Below, one piece after another: positions 30,979 to 40,097 of a DNA stretch of 64,000 nucleotides. The stretch's first letter is position 1, and the number at the start of each line of letters is the position of its first letter. The stretch is from IMG/VR virus record IMGVR_UViG_3300028025_003977, positions 23,551-87,550 of that record; one strand, 5' to 3'. The position numbers were made by a program, and so were the translations under genes. Under the pieces are notes generated by a model. The model was not told the DNA's origin and did not search any database. It saw only the letters and a list, made by a program, of their open reading frames with translations. Source of the DNA: a virus.

Positions 30979-31980
30979 ATGACAACAATGGAAGATATTT
31001 TATCAAGGCTAGATCCAAAGACAAGAAAGCGTGTGCAGCAAGCAACAGAAGTAGAAACTGAAAAACAGCCTACTCCAAGTTTAAGCTTGAATGTTGGGCT
31101 TAAGGGTGGACTGGGTTATGGTCGTCAAGTTTTAGTTTGGGGGAATAAGTCTGCAGGTAAATCTTCTTTCTGTTTGCAGATGATTGGTGAGGCACAAAAA
31201 GAAGGAAAGACCTGTGCCTGGATTGATTCTGAAGCATCGTACTCACCTGAGTGGGCAGAAAAGCTTGGAGTAGATTCAAGTAAATTAATTTATTCTGCAG
31301 CAAAGTCTGTAAACGATATGGTAGACGTAGTTGTTGACTTGATGAATGCAGGAGTTGATCTTGTTGTTGTAGACTCTATCTCAGCACTGCTTCCTGCAAT
31401 CTATTTTGAAAAAGATGGCGAAGAGTTAAAGTCTCTTGAAAATACCAAACAAATTGGTGCAGAGGCAAAAGACATGACTCATGCAGTAAAGATGATGAAT
31501 TATGCGAATAAAAATACATTGCTTGTTTTAATTTCACAGCAACGTAATAGTTTTGGAGGAATGCATGCAACCCATATTCCAACTGGTGGAATGGCTGTTA
31601 AGTTTTTCTCAAGCACAATTATTAAACTATGGTCATCTGAGTCAGAAGCATCTTCTATTAAAGACAAGATTGCCATTGGGGATAAGCTAATTGAACAACG
31701 TGTTGGTCGTCCAGTAAACTGGACAATTGACTATAATAAAACAGGACCACAATTCATTAGTGGGTCCTATGACTTTTATTTCCAAGGAGATGTTGTAGGG
31801 GTAGACAAGGTAGCTGACCTTGTTGACATTGCAGAAATGATGGGCATTATCGAACGTGGTGGAGCCTGGTATACTATTATGGATCAAAGATTGCAGGGTC
31901 GTGCAAAAGTTATTGACTATGTAAAAGAAAATCCAGCAGTATTTGATACTCTAGAAAGCATGGTATACAGTAAGTTATGA
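30979..31980 (+). CDS. recA: RecA-like recombinase
   Basis: Walker A GNKSAGKS, IDSEAS, VVVDSISAL, GGMAVKFF, GGAWY. Start placed at ATG 30979 after SD GGAG. Confidence 0.93.
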   Translation: MTTMEDILSRLDPKTRKRVQQATEVETEKQPTPSLSLNVGLKGGLGYGRQVLVWGNKSAGKSSFCLQMIGEAQKEGKTCAWIDSEASYSPEWAEKLGVDSSKLIYSAAKSVNDMVDVVVDLMNAGVDLVVVDSISALLPAIYFEKDGEELKSLENTKQIGAEAKDMTHAVKMMNYANKNTLLVLISQQRNSFGGMHATHIPTGGMAVKFFSSTIIKLWSSESEASSIKDKIAIGDKLIEQRVGRPVNWTIDYNKTGPQFISGSYDFYFQGDVVGVDKVADLVDIAEMMGIIERGGAWYTIMDQRLQGRAKVIDYVKENPAVFDTLESMVYSKL

Positions 31981-32165
31981 GCATTAACCCAGAAGATTTT
32001 ATAAAGTCTTCAGAAAGACAAGCAGACATTGGTGTAGACACAATTTTTGGAACATTTATGTGTCAGGATTGTGATGAGCATTTAAGACAGGCAAAGCTTA
32101 ACGAAGATGAATTAGTAATAGTTTATGTTTGTTCTAGCAATCATAGAAATGAAATTAAACTGTGA
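31977..32165 (+). CDS. Small Zn-binding protein
   Basis: CQDC...CSSNH. Confidence 0.65.
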   Translation: MSINPEDFIKSSERQADIGVDTIFGTFMCQDCDEHLRQAKLNEDELVIVYVCSSNHRNEIKL

Positions 32166-32467
32166 GCGAACGTGGTGAACTAAAAAGAATTGGTGCTAAG
32201 GCACATAAAAATTCTGGTCGTGGTCAATATCAAAAAGGTGACGGATCACTTGACGAGTTCATTGTTGACGTAAAAGAAGCAGGAAAAAGTTTTACTCTAA
32301 GCCAAGATGTTTGGGCAAAGATTGTAACTGACACACTAAGAACTGACAATACTAAATCTCCAGCACTGCTGTTGGCAATTGGAGAAACACAAAAGATAAG
32401 ACTAGCAGTCATTGAATGGGCAATGCTAGAAGATTTAATGGAGAGAGCAAATGGAATCAACCCTTGA
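32162..32467 (+). CDS. Hjc-like PD-(D/E)XK Holliday junction resolvase
   Basis: E..NSGRG..KGD...IVDVKE motif; GTG start. Confidence 0.65.
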   Translation: MSERGELKRIGAKAHKNSGRGQYQKGDGSLDEFIVDVKEAGKSFTLSQDVWAKIVTDTLRTDNTKSPALLLAIGETQKIRLAVIEWAMLEDLMERANGINP

Positions 32468-32780
32468 TTATATTAGTCAGGTAACTGAGTTTAATGATAT
32501 TCACGAGTTTATGAAAGACAAAGACCTTGATGAGGCAATGGCTATTGTTGTTAAGATTATGATGAAGCCAGACATTCCATCTGTTCAGGCAGTTGTTTTA
32601 ATTAGCAAACTACAGGCTATGAGTGCAAAGTTTGGAATGCTTGCAACATGGTATACAACTGTAGAAAAGGGACCATCTGGAAGCATCAACAATACTAAAA
32701 AGCATGTGTACTATTCTATGCGTGATTCATTAGATAAGCTTGTAGATTCTCTAAAATATATTGCAAGGCTTGGTGCTTAA
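32451..32780 (+). CDS. Hypothetical helical protein
   Basis: 109 aa ORF coupled within the recombination operon. Confidence 0.7.
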   Translation: MESTLDYISQVTEFNDIHEFMKDKDLDEAMAIVVKIMMKPDIPSVQAVVLISKLQAMSAKFGMLATWYTTVEKGPSGSINNTKKHVYYSMRDSLDKLVDSLKYIARLGA

Positions 32781-33556
32781 TGGCTAGAAATTTAATTGGA
32801 ACATTGACTAAGAAGCCAAGAAATACAAAACTAGATGCAAAAAAATTTAGACTTGCAATTGGAAAAGCTTACTTAGAAGGAAAGACTGGGTATATTCATA
32901 GAAAAAAAACTACCTTTTCTCCCTCCACAGTTGGATATGGTCACGGCAAGTGTCCCAGATATTGGTCAATTGCTTTTGATGGTGCAGACTTTAAAGAAAC
33001 ATTTAATGCTCAGGGCGTTGCTGCAATGGACAACGGTACAGATGCACATGCAAGGCTTGAAAAGGTTATTGCAAAGACTGGATACTTAAAAGAGTCAGAG
33101 CGTGAAATTAAATTGGACAGCCCACCAATTCGTGGCTTTATAGATTTAATCTTAGATGTTGAGGGTGAGGAAATTGTTGGAGAAATCAAAACAATTAAGG
33201 ATGACCAATACACCCTAAGAAAAGATACCTCAACTGGTGCAGATAGCCATGTTGTTCAGTTGCTTATTTACATGAAAGTCACTGGTGCTGAAGAAGGATT
33301 CTTTTTGTATGAGAACAAGAACACTCACGAGATTACCGTAATTCCAATGGTAATGTCACCAGAAAACTTAGATTATGTAGACTACATTTTTGATTGGATG
33401 AAAGAAGTTCGTGCAGCTTGGGAAGAAAAGAAAAATATCAAGCGTCCATTTAAGGGAGACAAAGCTCCATGTACCTATTGTCCAGTTAAAGAAGTGTGCT
33501 TTGAAAAGTCTGACGGAAGACATAAGATTGTTCCATTAGAAATTAGACAAGCATGA
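32780..33556 (+). CDS. Cas4-like PD-(D/E)XK exonuclease
   Basis: FSPS..G.CPR, GTDAH, GFIDLI, GEIKT, QLLIY, C-terminal CxxCP..xC Fe-S cysteines. Confidence 0.88.
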   Translation: MARNLIGTLTKKPRNTKLDAKKFRLAIGKAYLEGKTGYIHRKKTTFSPSTVGYGHGKCPRYWSIAFDGADFKETFNAQGVAAMDNGTDAHARLEKVIAKTGYLKESEREIKLDSPPIRGFIDLILDVEGEEIVGEIKTIKDDQYTLRKDTSTGADSHVVQLLIYMKVTGAEEGFFLYENKNTHEITVIPMVMSPENLDYVDYIFDWMKEVRAAWEEKKNIKRPFKGDKAPCTYCPVKEVCFEKSDGRHKIVPLEIRQA

Positions 33557-33843
33557 AAGTATGTAAAGAGTGCAACTTAAAGTTTGATGCAAAAACTCAC
33601 AATCAAAAATATTGTTCTGGAGAATGCTGTCGCATTGCAACAAACAAAAGAATTATGGAAAAGTACTACCAGAAAAAAGCAAGGCTAAGCGGTCTTGAAA
33701 GACTTTGTAGTTGCGGATCAACTTTGAGCAGATACAACTCTGATGACACTTGCTCAGTATGTGATTCTAAAAACAAAAAAAATAAAAGATACTTGGCGAT
33801 GGAGGCAATGTCAAATGTCATTAGCAGTACTAAAAAAGTCTAG
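33553..33843 (+). CDS. Cys-rich Zn-binding protein
   Basis: CKEC...YCSGECC...CSC...CSVC. Confidence 0.7.
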   Translation: MKVCKECNLKFDAKTHNQKYCSGECCRIATNKRIMEKYYQKKARLSGLERLCSCGSTLSRYNSDDTCSVCDSKNKKNKRYLAMEAMSNVISSTKKV

Positions 33844-34384
33844 TGCTCATAAAGTTTTAGGAATTGATGCTTCAACTGCCTCACTAGCATTTTGTTTGTT
33901 TGAAAACGATAAGCCAGTAAAATTTGGCAAGATGCCAATTGTAGGTGCTGACATTTATGATAAGGTTAAAGATGCTCATAGAAAGTCGGAAGCTATTGCG
34001 TCACTGGTAGATCCAGATTACGTTGCAGTTGAATCTGCAATCATGGTTAGGTCAGCAGATGCAGGACTAAAGATTGCTATGATCGTTGGTGCTTCATTAG
34101 CAGCACTACTAAAACCTGAAACAAAGGTAATTACTGTTGCTCCAATTCAATGGCAGTCATTTATTGGAAATAATAATCCAACTAAAGCAGATAAGGCTAA
34201 TATTAGACTACAGTTCCCAGACAAGACTGATAGCTGGTATAAGGGTAAAATAAGAGAGAATAGAAAGCAAAAAACGATGGACTACTTTAATAATAAGTTT
34301 GACATAAGTGTTACAGATAATGACACTGGTGATGCTATTGGAATTGCCTACTATGCATATAATAAACTTACGGAGAGATCATGA
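33815..34384 (+). CDS. ruvC: RuvC-like Holliday junction resolvase
   Basis: LGIDAST, VAVE, DNDTGDAIGI acidic catalytic residues. SD GGAGG at 33801 supports start 33815. Confidence 0.82.
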   Translation: MSLAVLKKSSAHKVLGIDASTASLAFCLFENDKPVKFGKMPIVGADIYDKVKDAHRKSEAIASLVDPDYVAVESAIMVRSADAGLKIAMIVGASLAALLKPETKVITVAPIQWQSFIGNNNPTKADKANIRLQFPDKTDSWYKGKIRENRKQKTMDYFNNKFDISVTDNDTGDAIGIAYYAYNKLTERS

Positions 34385-34545
34385 AAAAACTTTATCAGTC
34401 AAAAACCTGGCTTACAAAAAGATACATTATTGATAGAAAAACTATTGAAGAAATTGCCAAAGAATGTGAAACTAGCCATCAAACAGTATATAGATATTTG
34501 GTAGAGTTTGATTTAATTAGAAATCAAAGAAAGTGGTCACGATGA
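34381..34545 (+). CDS. Small HTH protein (54 aa, not in the ORF track)
   Basis: MKKLYQSKTWLTKRYIIDRKTIEEIAKECETSHQTVYRYLVEF; ATGA overlaps at both ends. Confidence 0.8.
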   Translation: MKKLYQSKTWLTKRYIIDRKTIEEIAKECETSHQTVYRYLVEFDLIRNQRKWSR

Positions 34546-35300
34546 TTGAAAAAAATATTTGGCAAACATATGAATGTAAAAAAGAAGATTTACCAGCATA
34601 TGCACAAGAAGGAATAAACTCTTGGGTGACTCAAAATCCTTCTTGGGAACACAACTATATGAGTGCAGAAGATAGAGAACATTTCTTTAAATATGAATAC
34701 AGTACAGAGGTTTATGATACTTACATGAAAATGCCAATGGGTGTTATGAAGGCTGGACTTTGGAGATTTGCAATTTTACATGCTTATGGTGGAGTGTATG
34801 CAGACCTAGATACAAACTGTATTAGTAAAATTTCTAGATGGTTCCCACAAGGATATGAAATGGTAGTTGATATTGAAGGAGACACACCTTGGTATGCAAC
34901 ACAAGTTATTGCAGCAAGATCAGGTCATCCATTCTTAAAAGATGCAATGGATTTATGTGTTGAAAGAGTAAAGCTGGGGGACTGGAGCATTCCTAATATG
35001 GTTCATTACTATACAGATGTTGCAATGTTTACAGACAGCTTAATGAACTCAATGGGTCTTCCACCACACGAAGGTGACTTGAGATTAAAAGCAGCAGAGT
35101 ATAATGAGTCTAAGCTAGCACAAGAAAATAGGTTCTTTGCTTTTTCTGGAGACAAGGCAAGGTGCTTGCTTGATAGATACGTTCAGCATTTATACTGGGG
35201 AGATACTGGTCGCAAAGAAGGATACATTGCCTGGAAAGCAGACCCACTAGTAAACCAATCCTATAAAGATGGGTTTGATCCAAAAGACTGGAAAGAGTAA
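34542..35300 (+). CDS. Glycosyltransferase, DXD sugar-binding (OCH1/GT32-like)
   Basis: IWQTY, LWRFAILHAYGGVYADLD. Confidence 0.88.
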   Translation: MIEKNIWQTYECKKEDLPAYAQEGINSWVTQNPSWEHNYMSAEDREHFFKYEYSTEVYDTYMKMPMGVMKAGLWRFAILHAYGGVYADLDTNCISKISRWFPQGYEMVVDIEGDTPWYATQVIAARSGHPFLKDAMDLCVERVKLGDWSIPNMVHYYTDVAMFTDSLMNSMGLPPHEGDLRLKAAEYNESKLAQENRFFAFSGDKARCLLDRYVQHLYWGDTGRKEGYIAWKADPLVNQSYKDGFDPKDWKE

Positions 35301-35968
35301 TGCCTACAGTTGGAGTTCTTCCTGCATCAGGAAAGGCATCTAGGATTGGTGGAATACCAAAATTTTGTTTGCCTATTAGCGATGATAGATGTTTGTTGCA
35401 GTGGCATGTAAATCAAATGCTTGAGGTATGTGATGAGGTTCGTGTATCAACAAGACCTGAGTGGGTTCCAATTATTCAAAACATGGACATGAACATAAAA
35501 CTTATCGTTAGAGAGCCTTCAACCATGTCTGACGCAATTGATTTTATGATAGGCGACTATAATGACACTGTGCTTATTGGAATGCCTGATACTTATATCT
35601 TAAATTCAACAAAGAACATTTACTCAGAGCTTATGAAAAATCAAGACAACGCAGACTTAGTTTTAGGAGTTTGGAATTGTCCAGAAGAACTTAGAGGAAG
35701 AGTTGGTCAGGTATCTTTACGAGACAATAAAGTAGTAGCTTCAAAAGATAAAACAAATGATTGTGACTATGAATATTTGTGGGGTACTTTACTTTTCCGA
35801 AAAAATATGATAAGATATGTAGACCCAAGTAGAAACCATCCAGGAGAACAAATTCAGGAGTGGATAACATCAAGGTTTAATATTCAAGCAGTTAGAAATG
35901 ACGGAGAGTACATGGATATTGGTACACTAAAAGGTTTAAAAGATCTTTACAGAAGAATGGAAAATTAG
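35300..35968 (+). CDS. Sugar-phosphate nucleotidyltransferase (RmlA-like)
   Basis: VLPASGKASRIGGIPKFCLPI N-terminal motif, GMPD, YMDIGT. Confidence 0.82.
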   Translation: MPTVGVLPASGKASRIGGIPKFCLPISDDRCLLQWHVNQMLEVCDEVRVSTRPEWVPIIQNMDMNIKLIVREPSTMSDAIDFMIGDYNDTVLIGMPDTYILNSTKNIYSELMKNQDNADLVLGVWNCPEELRGRVGQVSLRDNKVVASKDKTNDCDYEYLWGTLLFRKNMIRYVDPSRNHPGEQIQEWITSRFNIQAVRNDGEYMDIGTLKGLKDLYRRMEN

Positions 35969-36211
35969 ATGCACGAGTATGAAGATAAGTTTCATATTGA
36001 GGTAGATCAAGTAAATCATCCTGCACACTACACAACTGACCCATCTGGAGTTGAGTGCATTCAAATTACACGTCATAGAAACTTTAACATTGGTAATGCT
36101 TTTAAGTATCTTTGGAGAGCTGGAATTAAGGATGACAAAAAACAAATAGAAGATTTGCAAAAGGCAATCTTTTATATTAATGATGAAATTAATAGGCTGG
36201 AAGGAAGATAA
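35969..36211 (+). CDS. DUF3310-like protein
   Basis: VNHPAHYT...ECIQI...GNAFKYLWRAG.K...EDLQKA. Confidence 0.85.
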   Translation: MHEYEDKFHIEVDQVNHPAHYTTDPSGVECIQITRHRNFNIGNAFKYLWRAGIKDDKKQIEDLQKAIFYINDEINRLEGR

Positions 36212-36384
36212 TGCCCACTTATGAATACACTTGTGTAACCTGTGACAGCTCTATTGAAAAACCAAATATTAAGGTTGACGACAGAGATCATCAACAATGT
36301 GAAAAGTGTGGTAATGTTCTTACTAGGAGTTGGACTCTTGGAAATGTTTCTGTATGGGCTCCAACTGCTGGCGGATATAGGTAA
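36211..36384 (+). CDS. FmdB-like Zn-ribbon protein (57 aa, not in the ORF track)
   Basis: MPTYEYTCVTC...CEKCG. Confidence 0.85.
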   Translation: MPTYEYTCVTCDSSIEKPNIKVDDRDHQQCEKCGNVLTRSWTLGNVSVWAPTAGGYR

Positions 36385-36662
36385 TGGCTAAAACAAAAAC
36401 TGTAATTAAGTATAATCCAAACTGGGATGTAAAGTTTGAACACCAGCATGGCAAAGACCTAATTGTTCCAGGAACACCTCTTAAAATAAAGAATGTTCGT
36501 GGAGACTTTAAGTTTGAAAAGTATGTAAAGAACACCGATTCTGGTATGGAATGGATTGATGTTATTGGTCCCACTGGATATAGGTCCTTTTATTTGTGGG
36601 ATTTAAAGGGTATAATTAAACCTAAGAAGAAAAGGATTAAGAAGAATGGCAGCGGAAATTGA
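36384..36662 (+). CDS. Hypothetical protein
   Basis: 92 aa coupled ORF. Confidence 0.7.
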   Translation: MAKTKTVIKYNPNWDVKFEHQHGKDLIVPGTPLKIKNVRGDFKFEKYVKNTDSGMEWIDVIGPTGYRSFYLWDLKGIIKPKKKRIKKNGSGN

Positions 36663-37164
36663 GCTAGCAGAGCGTTGGGAAAGAATCAACAAGGTTGTTG
36701 AGGAGTTCCTTCGTGGAAACACAAACCCTAACGATATTGCTACAATCACTGGATTTAAAAGATCCCAAGTAACTGAGTACCTAAATGAGTGGCGTACAGT
36801 TATTCAAAGTGATAGACAGATTCAAATGCGAGCCAGAGAAGCTCTTGCAGGTGCAGATCAGCACTACTCAATGCTTATTAAAGAAGCCTGGGATGTAGTA
36901 GAGCAAGCAGACCTTACTGCACAGTTACCACAAAAAACATCAGCCTTAAAACTAATTGCTGATATTCAACAAAAACAAATGGACATGCTACAAAAAGCAG
37001 GTGTGCTAGACAACAACGAACTAGCAGAACAAATTATTGAAACAGAAGAAAAGCAACAGATGCTTGTTGAGATTATTAGAGATGTTGTTTCGTCTTGCGA
37101 AAAATGTAAGCCTCAAGTTTCTTCAAGGTTAAGTAAGATAACAGGACAAGCAGAGGCACTCTAG
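36646..37164 (+). CDS. Terminase small subunit (putative)
   Basis: N-terminal HTH-like region and helical body, immediately upstream of the large subunit. Confidence 0.65.
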   Translation: MAAEIELAERWERINKVVEEFLRGNTNPNDIATITGFKRSQVTEYLNEWRTVIQSDRQIQMRAREALAGADQHYSMLIKEAWDVVEQADLTAQLPQKTSALKLIADIQQKQMDMLQKAGVLDNNELAEQIIETEEKQQMLVEIIRDVVSSCEKCKPQVSSRLSKITGQAEAL

Positions 37165-38954
37165 TGTTTGAAGATATGATTGATCTTCTTGGCGGAGATG
37201 AATTTGACGAAAAGCCAGTAAATTTAGAAGAGTTTGTAACCTCTAGAGATTACCTTGGTCTACCACCCCTTTCTGATTATCAGTACACTGCAATTAAAGC
37301 AATGAGTCAAATTTATAAAAAAGAAACTTTGATTAATGTTTTTGGTCAAGAAGAGGGAACCAAGATATCAAAACAAACTTGCAATGAGGTAGTATTGCAA
37401 CTTGGTAAGGGTTCTGGTAAGGACTACATGTCAACCATTTCCGTTTCTTATATGGTATATCTTCTTTTATGTTTAAAAGATCCTGCAAAGTATTATGGTA
37501 AACCCCCAGGTGATTCTATTGATATTCTTAATATTGCTATTAACGCTGAGCAAGCAAAGAATGTTTTCTTTAAGGGTTTAAAAAATAGAATTGATAAGTC
37601 TCCTTGGTTTCAAGGAAAGTATTCCTACACTGCAGGTTCTGTAAGTTTTGATAAAGGAGTTACTTGCCACTCAGGACACTCTGAAAGAGAATCTTGGGAA
37701 GGGTACAACGTTCTCTGTGTAATCCTTGATGAGATCTCTGGCTTTGCTATTGATAATACAACGGGTCACGATCAAGCAAAAACTGGTCAGGCAATTTATG
37801 ATATGTATCGTGCCTCTGTAGATTCTCGTTTCCCAGATTTTGGTAAAGTAGTTTTGCTATCATTCCCAAGATATAGAAATGACTACATTCAGCAAAGGTA
37901 TGATGCAGTGATTGCAGCCAAAGAAACAACTATTCGTGAACATACCTTTAAACTAGATGAAACACTAGAGGTTGAAGATTCAAATAACGAGTTTACTATT
38001 CAGTGGGAAGAAGATCACATTAGTGCCTACAAGTTTCCTAAAGTGTTTGCCCTACGCAGACCAACATGGGAAATAAATCCAACAAGAAAAATAGAAGATT
38101 TTAAGATTCAGTTTTACACAAACCCTACAGATGCTTTGTCAAGATTTGCCTGTATGCCTCCAGATGCAGTGGATGCATTCTTTAGATCAAAGGAAAAAAT
38201 TGAAGCATGTTTTAATCAGCCATCACTTGCAATAGATGAGAGCGGAAGATTTGCAGAGTGGTTTGTTCCAGATGATGACAAAGAATATTTTATTCACGTT
38301 GACCTTGCACAAAAGCATGACCACTGTGCAGTTGCTTTGGCTCACGTTGAAAAGTTTGTAAAGATTACAACCTTTAATGACTATGATGTAATTAATCCAT
38401 TAGTTGTTGTTGATGCTGTTAGATGGTGGACTCCAACTGCAGATAAAACTGTAGACTTTAAAGATGTAAAAAATTATATTTTAGATCTTAGAAATCGTGG
38501 GTTTAAGATTAAGCTTGTAACATTTGATAGATGGAACTCACTTGATATTATGAATGAGTTAAAAGCAAGTGGAATGAATTCGGAAACTTTATCTGTTGCA
38601 AAAAAGCATTACGAAGATATGCAAATGCTTGTGGCAGAAGAAAGACTGGTTGGTCCAGCAATTAGATTGCTAATAGAAGAGCTTTTGCAATTAAGAATTA
38701 TTCGTGACAAGGTAGATCACCCAAGAAAGGGATCTAAGGATCTTGCAGATGCTGTCTGTGGTGCAATATATAATGCTATTGCTTTAACCCCAAGAAGGCA
38801 AGGTGGAAGAGAAATAGAAGTTCATACATACAAACAACAAGCACTTGACAACAAGCAAAAAGAATGGGATAATATTCTACAGAGAGACCTTGAAAAAAAT
38901 AGACAAGCCCCAGATGATATTCTTAGGTATTTAAATGGAATAGGAATGGTTTAA
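37164..38954 (+). CDS. Terminase large subunit
   Basis: Walker A GKGSGKD, Walker B VILDE, nuclease motifs HVDLA, TFDRWNS, SKDLADAV. Confidence 0.92.
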   Translation: MFEDMIDLLGGDEFDEKPVNLEEFVTSRDYLGLPPLSDYQYTAIKAMSQIYKKETLINVFGQEEGTKISKQTCNEVVLQLGKGSGKDYMSTISVSYMVYLLLCLKDPAKYYGKPPGDSIDILNIAINAEQAKNVFFKGLKNRIDKSPWFQGKYSYTAGSVSFDKGVTCHSGHSERESWEGYNVLCVILDEISGFAIDNTTGHDQAKTGQAIYDMYRASVDSRFPDFGKVVLLSFPRYRNDYIQQRYDAVIAAKETTIREHTFKLDETLEVEDSNNEFTIQWEEDHISAYKFPKVFALRRPTWEINPTRKIEDFKIQFYTNPTDALSRFACMPPDAVDAFFRSKEKIEACFNQPSLAIDESGRFAEWFVPDDDKEYFIHVDLAQKHDHCAVALAHVEKFVKITTFNDYDVINPLVVVDAVRWWTPTADKTVDFKDVKNYILDLRNRGFKIKLVTFDRWNSLDIMNELKASGMNSETLSVAKKHYEDMQMLVAEERLVGPAIRLLIEELLQLRIIRDKVDHPRKGSKDLADAVCGAIYNAIALTPRRQGGREIEVHTYKQQALDNKQKEWDNILQRDLEKNRQAPDDILRYLNGIGMV

Positions 38955-39313
38955 TGGAAATTCCAGACGACTTCTCAGAAGAAGAGTATGATGAAATGAT
39001 GGACTACATGCTTAGGAATAACTACATACAAAGCGTTGGAATTGATGAAGATGGTGAGCCCATCTATAAGATGACACAAGATTTAATTGAAGACTATCCA
39101 GATATTTTTGAAGCTCATATGGAATTTACAAATGATCTTTTATTTTCTGTTTGGCAAAAAGGATACGTTGAAATGACAATGACAGAAGATGGAGAATGGC
39201 TAATTATCCCAACTGATGTTACATTAAACTATGAAGAAATTCCTAACCTTACAAAAGAAGAAAGGCTTCTTTTGTGGGAGCTTAGTGAAATGAAAAAAAG
39301 AGACGATCAATAG
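38954..39313 (+). CDS. Acidic hypothetical protein
   Basis: 119 aa, coupled to the terminase gene. Confidence 0.7.
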   Translation: MEIPDDFSEEEYDEMMDYMLRNNYIQSVGIDEDGEPIYKMTQDLIEDYPDIFEAHMEFTNDLLFSVWQKGYVEMTMTEDGEWLIIPTDVTLNYEEIPNLTKEERLLLWELSEMKKRDDQ

Positions 39314-39315
39314 AC

Positions 39316-39345
39316 TTGACAAACGTCATGCCAATAGTGTAAGAT
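39316..39345 (+). promoter_or_regulatory. Sigma70-type promoter, probably leaderless; drives the DUF6065-like gene and tRNA array
   Basis: TTGACA (39316-21), 18 nt, TAAGAT (39340-45); ATG 7 nt later. Confidence 0.65.
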
Positions 39346-39352
39346 AGAGGCT

Positions 39353-40087
39353 ATGGATTTAGAAAAAACAATTGAGCTAAGATACTTTGATAAAGAAAAC
39401 AAACTTTTCAAAGTAGTAAATCCAAAAGTAAAAAGAACCTGGATGGACGATACACAAAATAATGCTTACCGATGTACTCCATTAAATGTTGCAAACACTT
39501 ATGGATGGTATGTCTTATGCCCAATGGACTTTACAGCAGAATGGAATGGTGGACCGCTAGAGTCAGATCTTGTTGTAACAATTATTAACCCTCCAGAAAG
39601 TGACAAAGAAGATTCACATAGAATCACTGCTACTAATTTTGGTCATGGAATACTAAGTCTAGTTCCAGATTTTATTATTAAAACAAGCCCAGGAGTTTCA
39701 ACATATGTTCGTGGGATTCCAAATTTAGTTGCAAATGGCATACAGCCACTTGATGGTGTTGTTGAAACAGATTGGCTGCCATTTACTTTCACTTATAACT
39801 TTAAGTTTATTAAACCAGGAAAAATTAAATTTGAAAAAGGTCAAGCACTTTTTAGTTTTTTTCCAGTAGAAAGAGGATATGTAGAACAATTTGATCCTTT
39901 AATTTCAAGTATTGAAGATTATCCAGAATTTAAAAAAGAATATGAAATGTATAGTAGCCATAGATCCATGCAACAAATGGGAGTTACTGAAATAGATGGT
40001 CACTATGGAAGAGGAGAAACTCCCGCAAAAAAACATGAGGTCGATAATCATTTAAAAACAAGTAGGATAAAAGAATTTAAATATTAA
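39353..40087 (+). CDS. DUF6065-like protein
   Basis: AYRCTPLNVANTYGW..CP.DF.AEWNGG, FGHGILS, PLDGVVETDWLPFTFT. Confidence 0.75.
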   Translation: MDLEKTIELRYFDKENKLFKVVNPKVKRTWMDDTQNNAYRCTPLNVANTYGWYVLCPMDFTAEWNGGPLESDLVVTIINPPESDKEDSHRITATNFGHGILSLVPDFIIKTSPGVSTYVRGIPNLVANGIQPLDGVVETDWLPFTFTYNFKFIKPGKIKFEKGQALFSFFPVERGYVEQFDPLISSIEDYPEFKKEYEMYSSHRSMQQMGVTEIDGHYGRGETPAKKHEVDNHLKTSRIKEFKY

Positions 40088-40097
40088 AATTAAATAA

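Noticed and set aside
32780-33556. CRISPR-Cas system suggested by the Cas4-like gene
   Set aside because: No repeat-spacer array or other cas genes; stand-alone Cas4 is common in phage recombination modules.
34542-35968. DNA hypermodification cluster
   Set aside because: No hydroxymethylase, Tet/JBP or queuosine-pathway genes in the window, and the GT families fit glycan/protein acceptors better. Not fully excluded without nucleoside analysis.
24132-38954. Inteins or introns in DnaB, DnaE, RecA or terminase
   Set aside because: Lengths are ordinary, and no C/S...HN splice motifs or homing endonuclease insertions are visible.
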